64,000 bases of DNA, taken from NCBI GenBank assembly GCA_964016885.1, contig OZ024740.1, positions 404,116,001 through 404,180,000 of the forward strand, read 5' to 3'. Both the position numbers and the translations under genes were made by a program. Source of the DNA: Eledone cirrhosa (Eukaryota). Below the pieces are notes generated by a model. It saw nothing but the letters and a program-made list of their open reading frames with translations. It did not search any database and was not told the origin of the DNA. Below, in pieces: positions 43,010 to 56,623 of this stretch (positions are counted from its first letter, which is position 1; each line of letters begins with the position of its first letter).

Positions 43010-43300
43010 TTGTTATACTTGGGGGGGGGGGGCATATTTGTGTAATAATATTGCCAGAATTAATAACAGAGCACACTCACTGTTTGGTTGGTTTTCGCTT
43101 CTGTGTCTTTTATATCGGTTAATTTAATTTATTCGGTCCTCAATGTTACCATTGACTGACCAACGGTCAAAAATACAGATACAATATAGACACAAACACA
43201 TATATATAGTCTAACAAAGTTCTTTTGTTGCACATCTGCAACATCATCAGTGGTGCTATTATGTTTCCTCCTGTTGTATTGTATGTCTACGCCATCTTTA
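43010..43300 (-). mobile_element. copy of the 5110-5670 Penelope-type 3' end (hammerhead GAAA mutated to AAAA)
   Basis: sequence match; CTGATGA-t-gttgca..tgcaac-AAAA on the minus strand. Confidence 0.75.
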
Positions 43301-43385
43301 TTTAGACTGTTTATCTATTTATTCATTTACTTACTTCTTTTGTCTTCTCTGTGCATGCGTTTGCGCGTGTGTGTAGTGTTTGATG

Positions 43386-43489
<104 letters not shown>

Positions 43490-43675
43490 CATTAACAGAG
43501 AAACAGAGAAAGCTTTTAGCGATACTCCGACCAACTCCCATCTCACTCAACAAACATTGGGATATACCTGAGTATAATCCCAATTATGCGTTCGGGGTGC
43601 TAACTATATTGTATTTCGTGGATAGTTGGCTGCATTATTTTATATGAGACATAATTAAATAAATCTCTCTTTCTT

Positions 43676-43797
43676 TCCATACGGTCGTTTCGTTATAAGA
43701 TTTCTACAAGGTGGGAAAATAATGTCCAAGTTATGTAGAAGCTTGCATATAATCCATAGATATCCATGCAAGTGGGCCCTTATAAGTCATCAGTGGA
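43676..43797 (-). ncRNA. hammerhead ribozyme with extended stem II
   Basis: minus strand tcca-CTGATGA-c-ttataag...(~75 nt)...cttataa-c-GAAA-cg-ac-cg-TA-tgga. Confidence 0.7.
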
Positions 43798-44184
43798 TGC
43801 TCAGGCAATATCAATATAAAATCTACATTGATATTAATATTCAGCGATGGTCTCCGTCAGTGCTAGAAGGACTGCTAAGTTTGAAAGTCCAGCAGTTCTT
43901 CAAAAAGAAATTTCACACTGTCCCCAAATGGGAAGGGGAGGTCATCGTAAAACATAAAATAATATACACGTAGGTCATTGAACCCTGTTAGGAATTCTAA
44001 GCACGTGTGAAGAACGCAATTGGATATTAAAAAAATAAATATATGTACGTATTATACACACATAGAGATATTAAAAAATAATAAATATATGTACGCATTA
44101 TTTATATATACATAGAGCTATTTTCTCAGGCAAAAAAACAGACATGAGATATAGGAAGAAGCAATCAATATTTCATATATATAT

Positions 44185-44460
44185 ACTAGACCTGAAAAAT
44201 GCGCAAGCTCAAAAGAGCCACAGAATGTTATAATAAACCTTCAAAAGTGTGGGACTAGAGTTGTTGCTCAAAAATATTGTAATCATTATCTATCGTACAC
44301 TCTAGATGTATTTATTGTGACATTTTTATAAAGGATGCCACAGAATGTACGATAGATAATGATTACAATATTTTTTAGCAACAAATCTAGTCCCACACTT
44401 TTGAAGGTTTATTATAACATTCTGTGGCTCTTTTGAGCTTGCGCATTTTTCAGGTCTAGT
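44185..44460. repeat. inverted repeat, ~115-bp arms
   Basis: actagacctgaaaaatgcgc... mirrored by ...gcgcatttttcaggtctagt. Confidence 0.9.
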
Positions 44461-45355
44461 TTAATATTTTTTTAAGGCAACGCTTGTATAAACATGATAT
44501 ATATTAATAATAAATTATCGTTGTAATGTAATTAGATTATATAATTGTTATTTTATAAATGATCTTATAAATATTATTGTAAGATGTATAAAAATATTTT
44601 CAGACTTTTAATATAAACAACTACAAAAAACAATCAATTTTAAATAAATATATTTTACATAATAATTGTTATAGTTGAATTAATAAAATTTAAATATTAC
44701 ATACAAATAGTCTAACATAGTAATAAAAAAAATAATTTAACATAATAATAATAAAATAATCTAACATAAAACGAACAATAATATTGACAAATATACAAGT
44801 AAATATGATAGAACCAATATTATAAGCATGTTATAACGAACTGAAAAAAAATAGTTAATATGAATCTAAAAATCATATATAAATTAACAATATAACTTAG
44901 CAAAACGAGAAAAATATTATGATGTTAAACGACGAAATACAGGAGGAAGATTCTAAAGCGAAACGATAAATAAACGTGCAAACAAAATGGCGGATGCTTT
45001 TGAGCAACAATTACTCTCGTTGGTTGATTAGCCAATAAGACGATGAAATTAGCCAATAAGACGATACATTACAAAACATGTTTGGCGATCACCACGGCCA
45101 GCGATCACCACGGCCAGCGACACACCTAGAATTTTTTATTCACAAGCTACGCATATATGTCAGACACGCAGACTTAAAACATTCTGTTGTTAGTCACTGT
45201 GTGTCTAACATATATATATATATTAAACTTTAATCTGTTATTTTAATAAATATTTGGTGTATGGTTCTTATATATATTTATATATATATTATCCTTATCG
45301 AGCTCTCATCGGATTTTAGTCTTCACATTTATTATTATTACCATATATATATATA

Positions 45356-46075
45356 CTAGCAGCAGTACCCAGCGTTGTCTGGGTAGGTAGAATAATATCT
45401 GCTTTGATGAAAAGGTGTTGATCTTAGCGACTGCTTCTCGATGACTAATCTATGGCCACACACAGGCCATGCGGGGGAGGGTGGTGATGACCTCTATCAC
45501 TGAGAAACGCGGGTGACCGACGAAGGGGCATGCTGGGGGAGGGAAGTAATGACCTCTAACACTAAGCCAAATTTCCTCACGCTACTTGATTGGAAACCGA
45601 TGAATTCTCAAATACACAGCTAAAAGCTCAGACGAAGTCAGTGGCCATCGTTTTGCCTTTGACCATCTATAAGATGTGCAATGATATGTTCTATCGTAGT
45701 ATAAACGTTGAACCAAATAAATTGATTTATGTGTGAGGTGGAGCCGAAATTTCGAATTTGAACGAAGTCGGTTGGAAAATGTGGGAGCTAATGATAGGTT
45801 CTATCGTACTATAAAAGTTGAACCAAATAAATTGATTTATATGTGAGGTGGAGCCGAAGTTTCGAATTTGAACGAAATCGGTTGAAAAATGTGGGAGCTA
45901 GAGCGAAAAGGTGGTATTTTCGAATATTTAAGCGGCTGCCACGCCATTCCTGAACAAAATATCCAAAATATAAAGCCACTTTAAGACGTGAAATAATCAG
46001 ATCTAGCGGACTGTGTAATTTGAACAAAGTAGGTTGATTAAAGTGGGAGCTAGAGCCGAAAAGGTGGTGAATTAG
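45356..46075 (-). mobile_element. non-autonomous Helitron 3' portion
   Basis: minus-strand end acccagacaacgctgggt..CTAG|T; internal ~110-bp sub-repeats. Confidence 0.75.
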
Positions 46076-46079
46076 CTAG

Positions 46080-46964
46080 AGGTGAATTAGCTTACAAATT
46101 CAGAAGGGCCCTAGATAAATATAAACTCAATATTAAGATAGTAGAAAGACCAGGTGCCTCCATAAAAACACTTATTAGCAATACATACCCTTTTCAAAGA
46201 CCCCCTGTATAGATAAGAAATGTTTAATCTGTAAATTAAGCCCCCATATTAACTGTAAAACTAGAAATGTAGTATATAGCATAAGATGTACTGAAGGACA
46301 ATGTAGAGATAAGAATATAGTGTACATAGGTAAAACAGCTCGTAGCATAGGAGAACGGATAAATGAACACTGGCGAGAGCTTCAAGATAGTAAAGAATCA
46401 TCTGTACTCTACCAACATGCTAAAATAGAACATAAGGGTAAATTAGAGAACATAGAAATAAAAATAGAATCTACACACAGAAAAGACGCAATGTTTAGAC
46501 AAATCACAATGTTTATACAAACATAAATGAACTCCAACCAAAATTAAATAGAAAGCATGAATGGAATAGCAACATCACAACTTACAATTAAGGACAAAAT
46601 GAAAACACACACATACATAGAACAAACAACCAACCAGTAACATGTAAATAAACAAATAAATAAACAAATATAAACACACACAGACACCCGGATGTAACAC
46701 ATGCGCAAACTAAGCGCACAACACACACAAAAACAAGATGGCGTAGGACCGAACAAAGGAGAGGCACAAAATCAAAGAAAAGAATCCCCAGTCACTGAAG
46801 AGGTCACAGAATGTGTGACGAAAGAACTTTGACAATATATGAACAATCGTCTGGTTGTGGAACCAACCAACCGGAAATTTATAAATTCCTAAATTTATAA
46901 TAAATTGGAGTGAAAGCAACTGGTGCGTGTGTTTCTTATTGGCAACATGACCCTCCCAAAGTAT

Positions 46965-46969
<5 letters not shown>
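46080..46969 (+). mobile_element. Penelope-like element 3' end: CxxC linker, GIY-YIG, 3' UTR, hammerhead
   Basis: NCKTRNVVYSIRC..C..VYIGKTARSIGERINEH; ribozyme at 46791; ends in (TA)n. Confidence 0.85.
46791..46833 (+). ncRNA. type I hammerhead ribozyme
   Basis: gtca-CTGAAGA-g-gtcaca-gaatg-tgtgac-GAAA-gaac-TT-tgac. Confidence 0.75.
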
Positions 46970-47045
<76 letters not shown>

Positions 47046-47103
47046 CATACATACATATATACATACATACATACATACATACATACATACATACATACAT
47101 ACA

Positions 47104-47189
<86 letters not shown>

Positions 47190-47339
47190 CAAACGTTTGT
47201 GCCCGACGGTTGAGCTCACGCCGTTTCAACGGAGTTGAAACGGCGTGAGCTCAACCTTCGGGCACCAACTTTTCATTATACATACACTCTACTTTCCTGA
47301 GTATGGGGTACTTAGCTAAATATGGTCTTATTGTAACTC

Positions 47340-47401
<62 letters not shown>

Positions 47402-47493
47402 TATATATATATATATATATATGGGGGCGGGTATATATGTATCTCAAACAACTTGAATAGTACCTACTATATAGCAGCTACAACTTCGATTTA

Positions 47494-47525
<32 letters not shown>

Positions 47526-47722
47526 GTAGATAAATCTACCAAGAGTTTACGGTAGTGTCCAATCCGTATGAAGAACTCAATGTAATCCGGATATCATGGA
47601 AAGAAGAGATGCAATGAAAAATCACTTTCGGTGAAAGATAAACGGAATACAGAGTCAAGATAAAATATTAAAAAAATAATGAATAAAACAATGAAACAGT
47701 TCCTTATATTAAACAAAAAAAG

Positions 47723-47877
47723 TTCATTATTTAACGATCGTTTCTAGGATATATATGTGTTAGAATTGGCATGCATATTCAACAGATCTATGTACAAAAT
47801 TATACAAAATTATACAAACTATCAAAATTAAATATACATACCAAACACATATATATGCCGTCTTCAGAAATAATGAA
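47723..47877 (-). ncRNA. hammerhead ribozyme with a long stem II insertion
   Basis: 10-bp stem I ttcattattt/aaataatgaa; CTGAAGA; atatatatgtgtt/aacacatatatat; GAAA-cgatcg-TT. Confidence 0.75.
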
Positions 47878-48480
47878 ATATATTTATTGATAATAACAAC
47901 AATTCAAAATTTCAGGTCCGTTTGGGAACAGAGTTCAAATTGACCAATGAAAATACAAAAAATTTTATGCAGTTTGGTGTGTGTATATACATGTAATTAA
48001 CTTCGTACATATATTTACATAAAGATATATGTTCACATGCATACGCATGCCAAAAAGATGTATGCAAATACAAAAATTCAAGGCTAATGTCTCTGTAAGT
48101 TTATAATCCACAGATAAAATGCGTATAGACACATAAATATGAAATAAATGTATACACACATTCATATACTCACACATATTCGTACACTCACACACACACG
48201 CGCGTATATGCATAAACATACACATAACTACGAACATACATACACACACACACACCCACACACATATATATGTGCATATAGTATTATCATAAGCATATGG
48301 ACATTAATGCACGCACATAAACACTGCCACACACATTTAGATCAGGATACAGAAATTAGGTGGGAGGGGGGGAGAGGTCAGTATTCAACGGTTTCGGCAG
48401 ACTGCCTATTTATAGATGTATCTATAAACTTAGAAATAAAAAGAAAAGAAAAAGAAAAAAGAAAAAAGAAATATATCAAG

Positions 48481-48572
<92 letters not shown>

Positions 48573-48948
48573 CATATACATATATATATACACATATATA
48601 CACACATACATATATATATACACACATATATATACACATATATACACACACATATATACACACACATATATATATATATACACACATATACATACACACA
48701 CATATATATATACAAACAAGTAAAATATAAAGTATACATCGATATACATACATATAGACATATAAATAAATACACACGCATACACACACATACATATACA
48801 TACATATACATACACATATATATAAACACATACATACACATACATATACATACACATACCATATAAATACACATACACATACATAGACGCATACATATAG
48901 AGACACATACATATACACATATAAATACATAGATACATACACACATAA

Positions 48949-49046
<98 letters not shown>

Positions 49047-49060
49047 TTCTTATTGTGTTT

Positions 49061-49131
<71 letters not shown>

Positions 49132-49569
49132 CAACCACCAAAATTAAGAACCTATATGTTCTCTTTGAAATAATCTGCCAGTGATCCGGGTCTGTGACTA
49201 AATAACCTAAACCTTGACATCTTAATGGTGTAATATAACGAATTCAATTATTTCACCATGGGGATATTCCCATCGGTTCAAATATCTGAATATACTTAAT
49301 GTTTATATTATCTTCCAGTCTTAGCGAGCATGACTAAAACTCTATTCTATATAAAATTGAAATGTATTTTCTTTTGTTAAAGCTGGAATTATATAAACAC
49401 TAACTTGTGAAATTTTCGACTGTACTTTCTAACCTATATCATTGGTCAGAAATGAGGGTAGAAGATAATTCTTCAGGAAATTTCAAACGTGCTACAATAA
49501 GCTACAGCTTTATTTATTTATTATTTATTTAAATAAATTAAAAATCCCTATATGCTCATAATAGTCAGA

Positions 49570-50680
49570 GATGGGGAGGCTGGGAGAGACGGAGGCGATG
49601 ACAGTGGGAGTTTGGTTCCTCTGTTTTCGGACCTGGTATACATGTGTGTGTATGCTATTTATGAAAATAGATAAACAGAACTATATACAATTGTGCATTA
49701 AAATAACACTATGGGGATCAGTCCTTCTTGTCCCTTCTCTTTCCCACTCATTATGTTCTACCTTATCTTTTTCAATCCCCTTCTGACTTTGTTGGCTTGG
49801 TATTACAGAACGTGCTAAGGCGCTGAGCTGGTCAACCGCAGGTGTGAGCCTCGCGAGTTGGAATGGCTTTTCCAGCGTGTCTCTCTTGGCGTTCTCCGGG
49901 GAAACTCCTTCTCCATTCTGTCTGCCGGGGCTGTGGGGAGGCCACCAATATGATTAACCGACTTGTCATTTTATCAGTCAACTGTTGCTGTCATTAGATA
50001 ACTAGGTATCTGTAGATGAACGTTGATACTAGATTTATATATACTTGTAGAAACTGACTATAGCTATGCACAATGATATTATCTAACATGGACGTATTGA
50101 ATTTGTCTCCGCTGTTGTTAACACCGTATACTTGCAGCTTGTAACTAGCAAACATAGCATCATATTTTACGATTTTACTTAATTGATAAATAAATAATAA
50201 TAATGTTAAGAAATAAAACATGAGAGAGACAGAGAGAGGAAAAAAGAAAATAAAGAGGACAACAGCTGATAAAAGATTAGAAAAAGAAGAACAAAAATAA
50301 GGTCACGAACTAGGACAGCTATAAAGCAGTTAAGGGTTTCTGTTGTTGAAAGAATGTCTTTAATCATTACACTCCTTTGCTATCCCAAAGTCGTTGAAGC
50401 GAGAATCTGGAGTCAAAATGATACTAAAAGTAAGTTTTCATCAGTTGGAGACTTCTGTTGTCCTTGGTCCCAGGACCACCTCCATGAAACGGCTCTTCCA
50501 GCGCGTCTCCCTCACCATCCTCCGGGAAAACGCCTTCTCTATTCTGGCGCCGGGGCCGGGCGGCGGCCAGCGCGTGGCCCCATTTGCTCATAATAACGAA
50601 AGATAGGGAGAGTGGGAAAGACGGAGGCAGTGACAGTGGTAGTTTGGTGCCTTTGTTTTGGACCTGGTGTATATGTACGT
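49570..50680 (+). mobile_element. two degenerate C-terminal remnants of an RLE-type (CRE-like) non-LTR element plus a shared ~90-bp repeat
   Basis: WLFQRVSLA (49863) and RLFQRVSLTILRENAFSIL (50490) match the FQR.S..I.RGNA..IL terminal motif; 49575-49650 resembles 50605-50680. Confidence 0.5.
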
Positions 50681-53295
50681 ATATATTTATTTACGCACTT
50701 AGTTACAATAATTGACAAGAATGATAAATGACCTTCGATATGTGAATGATTCACCATGTTTTATAGAGAGGAGTAAAGAGTCATAAAGAAATTTATGAAG
50801 TTTTTCAAGTTTGTCAGATTCTGTCTTTCACCTATAATCTATGTGGTAATGAAAGTATTTGTTTTTGGTAATTGATTCTAATTCAAGCTCAAGGCCAGAA
50901 ATCTTGCGGGTAGGGAAAAGTCCATTATATCTACCCCAGCACTTGACTGGTACTTTACTTCATCGATCTCGGAAGGATGAAAGGCAAAGTTGACCTCGGT
51001 GAAATTTGAACTCAGATGACTTGCTGAAAACGAGAGACTTTCCGCCCAAATAACTTGCAATATTTAGTTACGTCTTTCTACCCCACTAGCCTAGTTTCAC
51101 CATTCTTTGATAGCTAATATAGGCTGAAACCAATACAATATTGCGTGTGTAACTGTGTGTGATCATTAATAAACATGAAAGTCACTATAAGCTATATAAT
51201 AAAGTAGCTAGTGTTTTAAACAGGTATTGGATAACGAAAAGGACGTTGTTTGCTGCGTTTGTACTTTAAGTGCGCAAAACATGGTTGCCAGATAGTTGAA
51301 AACGTTTCTAACCAAAAGCACGTGAGAAATTATTTTTAAAAGAGCTAAATACCAAAGTGTCCATAAAGCATTGTAGTGCCGTAAAACAGACCAAAGATAC
51401 ATCGGCGACAATCTCAACGTACTTCAATAAATCATATATATCAAAGTCTTAAAGGAACATTATGTCTTCTTTGTGTGTAATGATCTGTGATGTCGATGGT
51501 TTACTGTTCATAAAACATCCCGTAAAGGATGTCTGTCTTTAAATTATTGTTGTGGATTGAACTTTCAATGAGATGTGCCTAAATTCTAATGAGAGCATCT
51601 AAAACATTCTGTTGCATATCTTTCCATGACTTTGTTTTGACAACAGTTAAAGTGAAAATATGTTTTCAACAATAACATTACGTGCTGCAAACAATTTCAG
51701 ACACATGTTTTCAATTATTTGAATATTTTTATTTCATTATTTTGAAAAACATTTTTCTCCAATATTCTACAGTTATTTCTTTATATTACTGCTCAATTCC
51801 GTCAAATCATTTCCAAGTTTAATATAAAGCATTAATAAATCTGAAAAGTTTTATTGTTTGAATCAATACCATGGAAATATTATGCAGTGAAAAACCTTTG
51901 AATGGATTAGTTATATCACTTAATCTCGAGAACGATTAGTTTATTGCAGTAGTTCCCAAACTTTTCACTACCAAGTCACCTTTTATTTATAGGAATTTTC
52001 CCACGGACTCACGAACTTCCGCTACAATTACTTCTCTCCCAGATTGGGGTAGACTGAGAATAACAATGGCGATGAATGAATATCCGATAGAGTGTGCATA
52101 TTATGATTTAACAAAGTTTGAACTTAGCTCAGGGACCCCACTCTTAATACTTCCTTTACGGACCGTCAGGAGTTTCTGGATCTTAAATTGGGGGCTGTTG
52201 TTCTATAGCAGAGGTTCTCAAAGTGGGCGCTGCCGCAGTTACCATAGTTCCAGGTTGACCCAGATCTTGTGAGTGAAACTGAGTTGTTGGAAACTGTTCG
52301 GAAGCCCATCGAATGAACTGTACCTGTAATTCAAAGGGTCATCCTTGTCAGACACTGTGTAATACTGATTCTCTCGGCTTACATTGAGTACATTTGGTTT
52401 TGAATGTTTTGTCACTTACATGTACATTAATTTCATTAGCAATCAACGTCGAAACCGATTGAGGTTTATCCATTTCTATTCCTACTTGATAGGACAATGA
52501 TGTTGATATATTCTTTTTGAAACAGACAATTATCGCACCAAATTTGTCAGTTGCTTTCCAAAGTTTACTTAAAATGATTTCTTTTATTTATTTAATTATT
52601 CGATTTTTGTAGTTTAGTCTGGATTAAAGAAATGGCTCTTCCCAGAAAAAATGTAAAGACCTCAAGGCATTTTGTCAAATGTTCTACTGACACGCTATGG
52701 TAGCACATTCTTTACCTACGGTTATTGGCAGCGTGTGGTAGAGAATTGGCAGATACATCAGAACCTCAGATAGAATACTTTGCAGTATTCGTTCATGCTC
52801 TCTGCGCTCTCTAACTTTGGTTAATTGTCTTTTATCCTTTAGAGATCGATAACAAAAGTATCAGTCCAGTATGTATGTATCTATGTATCTATGTATCTAT
52901 GTATCTATGTATGGTTTGTTTGTTTGTTTTTTTGTTTTTTTTTGTGGAGCGAGAGACTCCTAGTCTTCATGATGACACCTCTCTATGAGAAGGTCACTCT
53001 GATATAAAACCTGCGACTTCGTTTGCATCCAATGATGTAGACCAGTTCTTCTTTTGGGGAAAATGCATTCGATGTTCAGAGAGTAGGATTGGCCCCGTGC
53101 AAAGCCTTTCCTCACTTAAAAAACTTCGAGCACAGACAGCGCTTGATATGTGACATGGCGATGCATGGCATTGCTGGCCATAGGCAAGACCCTAACAGGA
53201 CTAAAAAGCTATGTCCGCGATATTCATGCATAAGTATCAAGCGATGGCATTACTCGAAATCAAGTTGCAGCCATCATCATCATCATCAGCATCAT

Positions 53296-53522
53296 GTATG
53301 TATGTTCTCATCTATCCCCAGGTATCTGTACCAGTCCTCATCAGATATCGGTGAAACAGTTAGGCCATAGATGACAGATTGGGTTGTTGTTTTTCCCCGC
53401 TTTACAGTCATATATGAACATTTACCTTGGCCAAACTCCATTCCTATATCCTTTGAGAATGTTGTAACCAGGTGAAGACTTTTCTTCATCCCATCTATGT
53501 TCTTGGCATAGAGTTTCAGATC
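53296..53522 (-). pseudogene. R4/Dong-like RT fragment between (TACA)n tracts
   Basis: DLKLYAK..FSKDIGMEFGQGKC..YRYLGIDE. Confidence 0.8.
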
Positions 53523-53554
53523 ATGTATGTATGTATGTATGTATGTATGTATGT

Positions 53555-54235
53555 TTTCTCTTTCTCTTAATTTCGAGTATATTTTTTTGACCGGCCACCT
53601 GCCTGGTGGCAAGGTTGTAAAAGAAAAGAAATTGTCATCCCTTGAATCGCAAGAATGTTTTGCAAATTTTGAAGGTGCCAGCTATCGCAGCCATTTGTAG
53701 ACTATGAATTAGGGAGCTGCGCTTTTTGTCCGCAAATCCAAGTTCAGTCATACTTTGGTCCAAGCGGGTTGGTATATAACCCGTAGCACCAATAATGATG
53801 GGTATGAAGCTAAAGGTGTATCTTGGATACTGGATTTGTAAACTCCTCATCAATGGTCCGTAGATGTCGTCCTTCTCCTGTATTTTTCTGACAACGTTTA
53901 CATCAAGTGGGCAGCTGATCTCCACAACAAAACACGTTTTCAATGTGTGGTCCCAAACTACAATATCAGGCCGGTTGTGCTTTAATTTGGTGGCAGTTTT
54001 TATTTTCAGCTTCCACCAGTATTCCTTAGTGCCATCTGTCTCAATATATTCTTCCTCGTTTGTTGTTAATTTTGTTTTCCGAAGTGCGTTCCAGATGGTT
54101 CTAGCTATCCCATCGTGTCTCATGGGGAGGTAGTAGCGAGATGACATTCTTTCACAGCTGGCAACAATGTGGCCTATATCCTCGATCTTTGTTTTACATA
54201 GCCTACATTTATTGTCAGCTGTTGGCCCTCCTCTT
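53555..54235 (-). pseudogene. R4/Dong-like LINE 3' end (CCHC knuckle, restriction-like endonuclease, 3' UTR)
   Basis: CRLCKTKIEDIGHIVASC, RHD, NRPDIVVWD..VEISCP, K..Y, PIIIGATG; stop at 53635. Confidence 0.9.
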
Positions 54236-54295
54236 GTATGTATGTATGTATGTATGTATGCATGTATGTATGTATGTATATATGTATGTATGTAT

Positions 54296-54906
54296 GTCAG
54301 GTCACCAGTTGGTGCTACTGGTAACATGTATTCCAGTACAACCTGTCTCATGGTCGGGTCGTTGGCGACTAAACTGGCAACCCCACCAAGGTTTCTTGGT
54401 GAGGAGGGTGACTTTGGACATCCTGCAGGACTAAAAACAAAACCTGTCAAAGGGCAAAGGAGCTCTTAAGAGTCAATGGCCATCCAAAATCACCGGGAGA
54501 GATCACCCCCTTAGCCTTTGTCAAGGCAGAATTCTAAGAGAAGTAAAACTCTGATATAACACCTGCAACCCTGATGGTATCCAATGATGTTGACTTGCTC
54601 TTCTTTTTGGTAAATATCATCTTGGTTAAGAGAGTGGGACTGGCTTTGTGCAGTGCCTTTGCTCACTATAAAAGCTTCACGGCACAGGCATTGCTTTATA
54701 TCTGGAGATCTCTCTGCACTTGTCGTCACATGGTACCATGGGCCCAGCACTACGTGTCAATAATTGTCACAAGTGTAGTGTTTGTACCAGAGTTTTCAAG
54801 TCGCTGGCTGGACTAAAAAGTCACACTCGTTCAGCGCATCGGTAGGGGTTCTCCTACATGGATATAAAGTAGTGGCCGTACTCGAAAACGAGCTGGCAGC
54901 CACCAT
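54296..54906 (+). mobile_element. copy of the ~610-bp RTE-type non-autonomous element
   Basis: reverse complement of 13477-14088. Confidence 0.85.
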
Positions 54907-55809
54907 GTATCTATGTATGTATAGATTGATGGATGGACGGTTGAACTCGTAACTCTTGGTGGAATCATATGGGCGCTGTAGTGACAGGGCATGTCTTGAT
55001 CTTTTTTAAAAGCTGGTGGAGCCCATCTCCTCTCCAGATCTGAACAGCCGATTTTTTCCAGTGAAAGAGGGAGCGAGAGAAGGAGAAGAGGAGTGAGAAA
55101 GAAGAAGAATTGATACCAGTACTGAACTAGTATCATTTTCATCGACCTCGAATGGATGAAAAACAAAGTTAACCTCAGCAAGATATGGACTCAGAGCAGG
55201 GAGCCAGAAAAAATACTACAAAGCATTCTATTAGACGTTCTAACGATTCTACCAATTTGACGACTATATCAATCCAGCACTGGGATTAATTCTTTCTCTA
55301 TATCTCTTTTTCACTTCCTCTCTCTCACTCTCATCCTCTCCTTCTCTGGAGGAAATCGACTGTGTTCTGACATGGAGAGAGGATGATTTCTGTTAGGTTT
55401 AAAAACGCATAAGACACATTGTATGTCATGACGACGCCCCTAAGATTCCACCAAGAGTTACGGGTCCATGCATTCATTAGCAACGTAAGTAAAATGGCAT
55501 GTCTTCAACAACGGATTGAAAGCACATCTCAATAAATCCAGCCGATCTGAATTTGGAATAACTATCCTCACTGAGAAGGAAACATGCACCAGAGAAAAAA
55601 GTATATACTTGCTTTGTTAGTTTTTATAGATGGGCTTTTGTTGTTGTTGTGCTCATTAGTGGAGTCCTTAGACAGGACTCCACTAATCAAAGTTCCCTCG
55701 ATTTTCAAGGCAGTAGTCGGTGGTGACTTGCAGGAAGCGAACGCGTAGAAAGTCTCATTGGTTTATAAGGGATTTTGTCATTGATTATAATTGTAGATGA
55801 TGCTTTGAT

Positions 55810-56005
55810 AGTGGTGGTGGTGAGGATTGTGGAGGTGGTGGTGGTGGGGTTGTGTAGATGGTGATGGTGGTGGTGGTCGCCGTCGTCGTTGTCATCGTCG
55901 TTGTTGTCGTCGTCGTCGTCGTCGGCGGCAGCGGCGGTGGCGTCATCGCCGTCGTCGTCGTCGTCGTCGTTGTCGTCGTACTCGGCATGATAGCGGTGGT
56001 GGTTG
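55810..56005. repeat. (GGT)n/(GTC)n trinucleotide low-complexity tract
   Basis: direct inspection. Confidence 0.9.
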
Positions 56006-56094
56006 CGGAATTTCTTCTCGTAGTGTTCGTGTTGCAAACACAGCCAAAACTATTCTCAGAAAATCGGGGTTCAAGTGCATCCCATTGACATCAT

Positions 56095-56613
56095 TAAAAA
56101 GTCAATTATTTTAGTTTAATTACGTTTTCGTGATAAAATCAGTAATTAAGAAAATTAAGAAAATTAAGGTCTCTGCAAATAAACAGTAGACATATATATA
56201 TGTACATATATAACAGTAGACATATATATATATATATAATATATATATAGGAAAATATATATATATATAGGAAAAAGTATGACCCAGACGGCAGAGCTCA
56301 AGCCGTTTCGACGGTAGACATATATATGTCTACTGTTTATTTACAGAGACCTTCATTTTCTTAATTTTCTTAATTACTGATTTTATCACGAAAACGTAAT
56401 TAAACTCAGTGACCTAAAATAATTGACTTTTTTAATATATATATATATATATATAAGAAAAAGTATGACCCCGACGGCAGAGCTCAAGCCGTTTCGACGG
56501 TAGACATATATATATGTCTACTGTTTATTTGCAGAGACCTTAATTTTCTTAATTATTGATTTTATCACGAAAATATAATTAAACTCAATGGCCTAAAATA
56601 ATTGACTTTTTAA
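56095..56613. repeat. ~185-bp unit in tandem (56270, 56457) plus an inverted partial copy, containing a half hammerhead
   Basis: gaccc.gacggcagagctcaagccgtttcgacgg repeated; 56095-56197 is inverted. Confidence 0.8.
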
Positions 56614-56623
56614 TATATATATT

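Noticed and set aside
47965-49184. Long ORFs of 170-230 aa (YI/CV/HT-rich), and similar ORFs across the window
   Set aside because: Translations of (TA)n, (TG)n and (TACA)n microsatellites
51945-52230. hAT-type MITE
   Set aside because: Only weak cagt.gttcccaaa-like ends; no matching TIR pair or TSD could be confirmed
55705-56114. Asp/His/Thr-rich ORFs
   Set aside because: Trinucleotide low-complexity tract open in several frames on both strands
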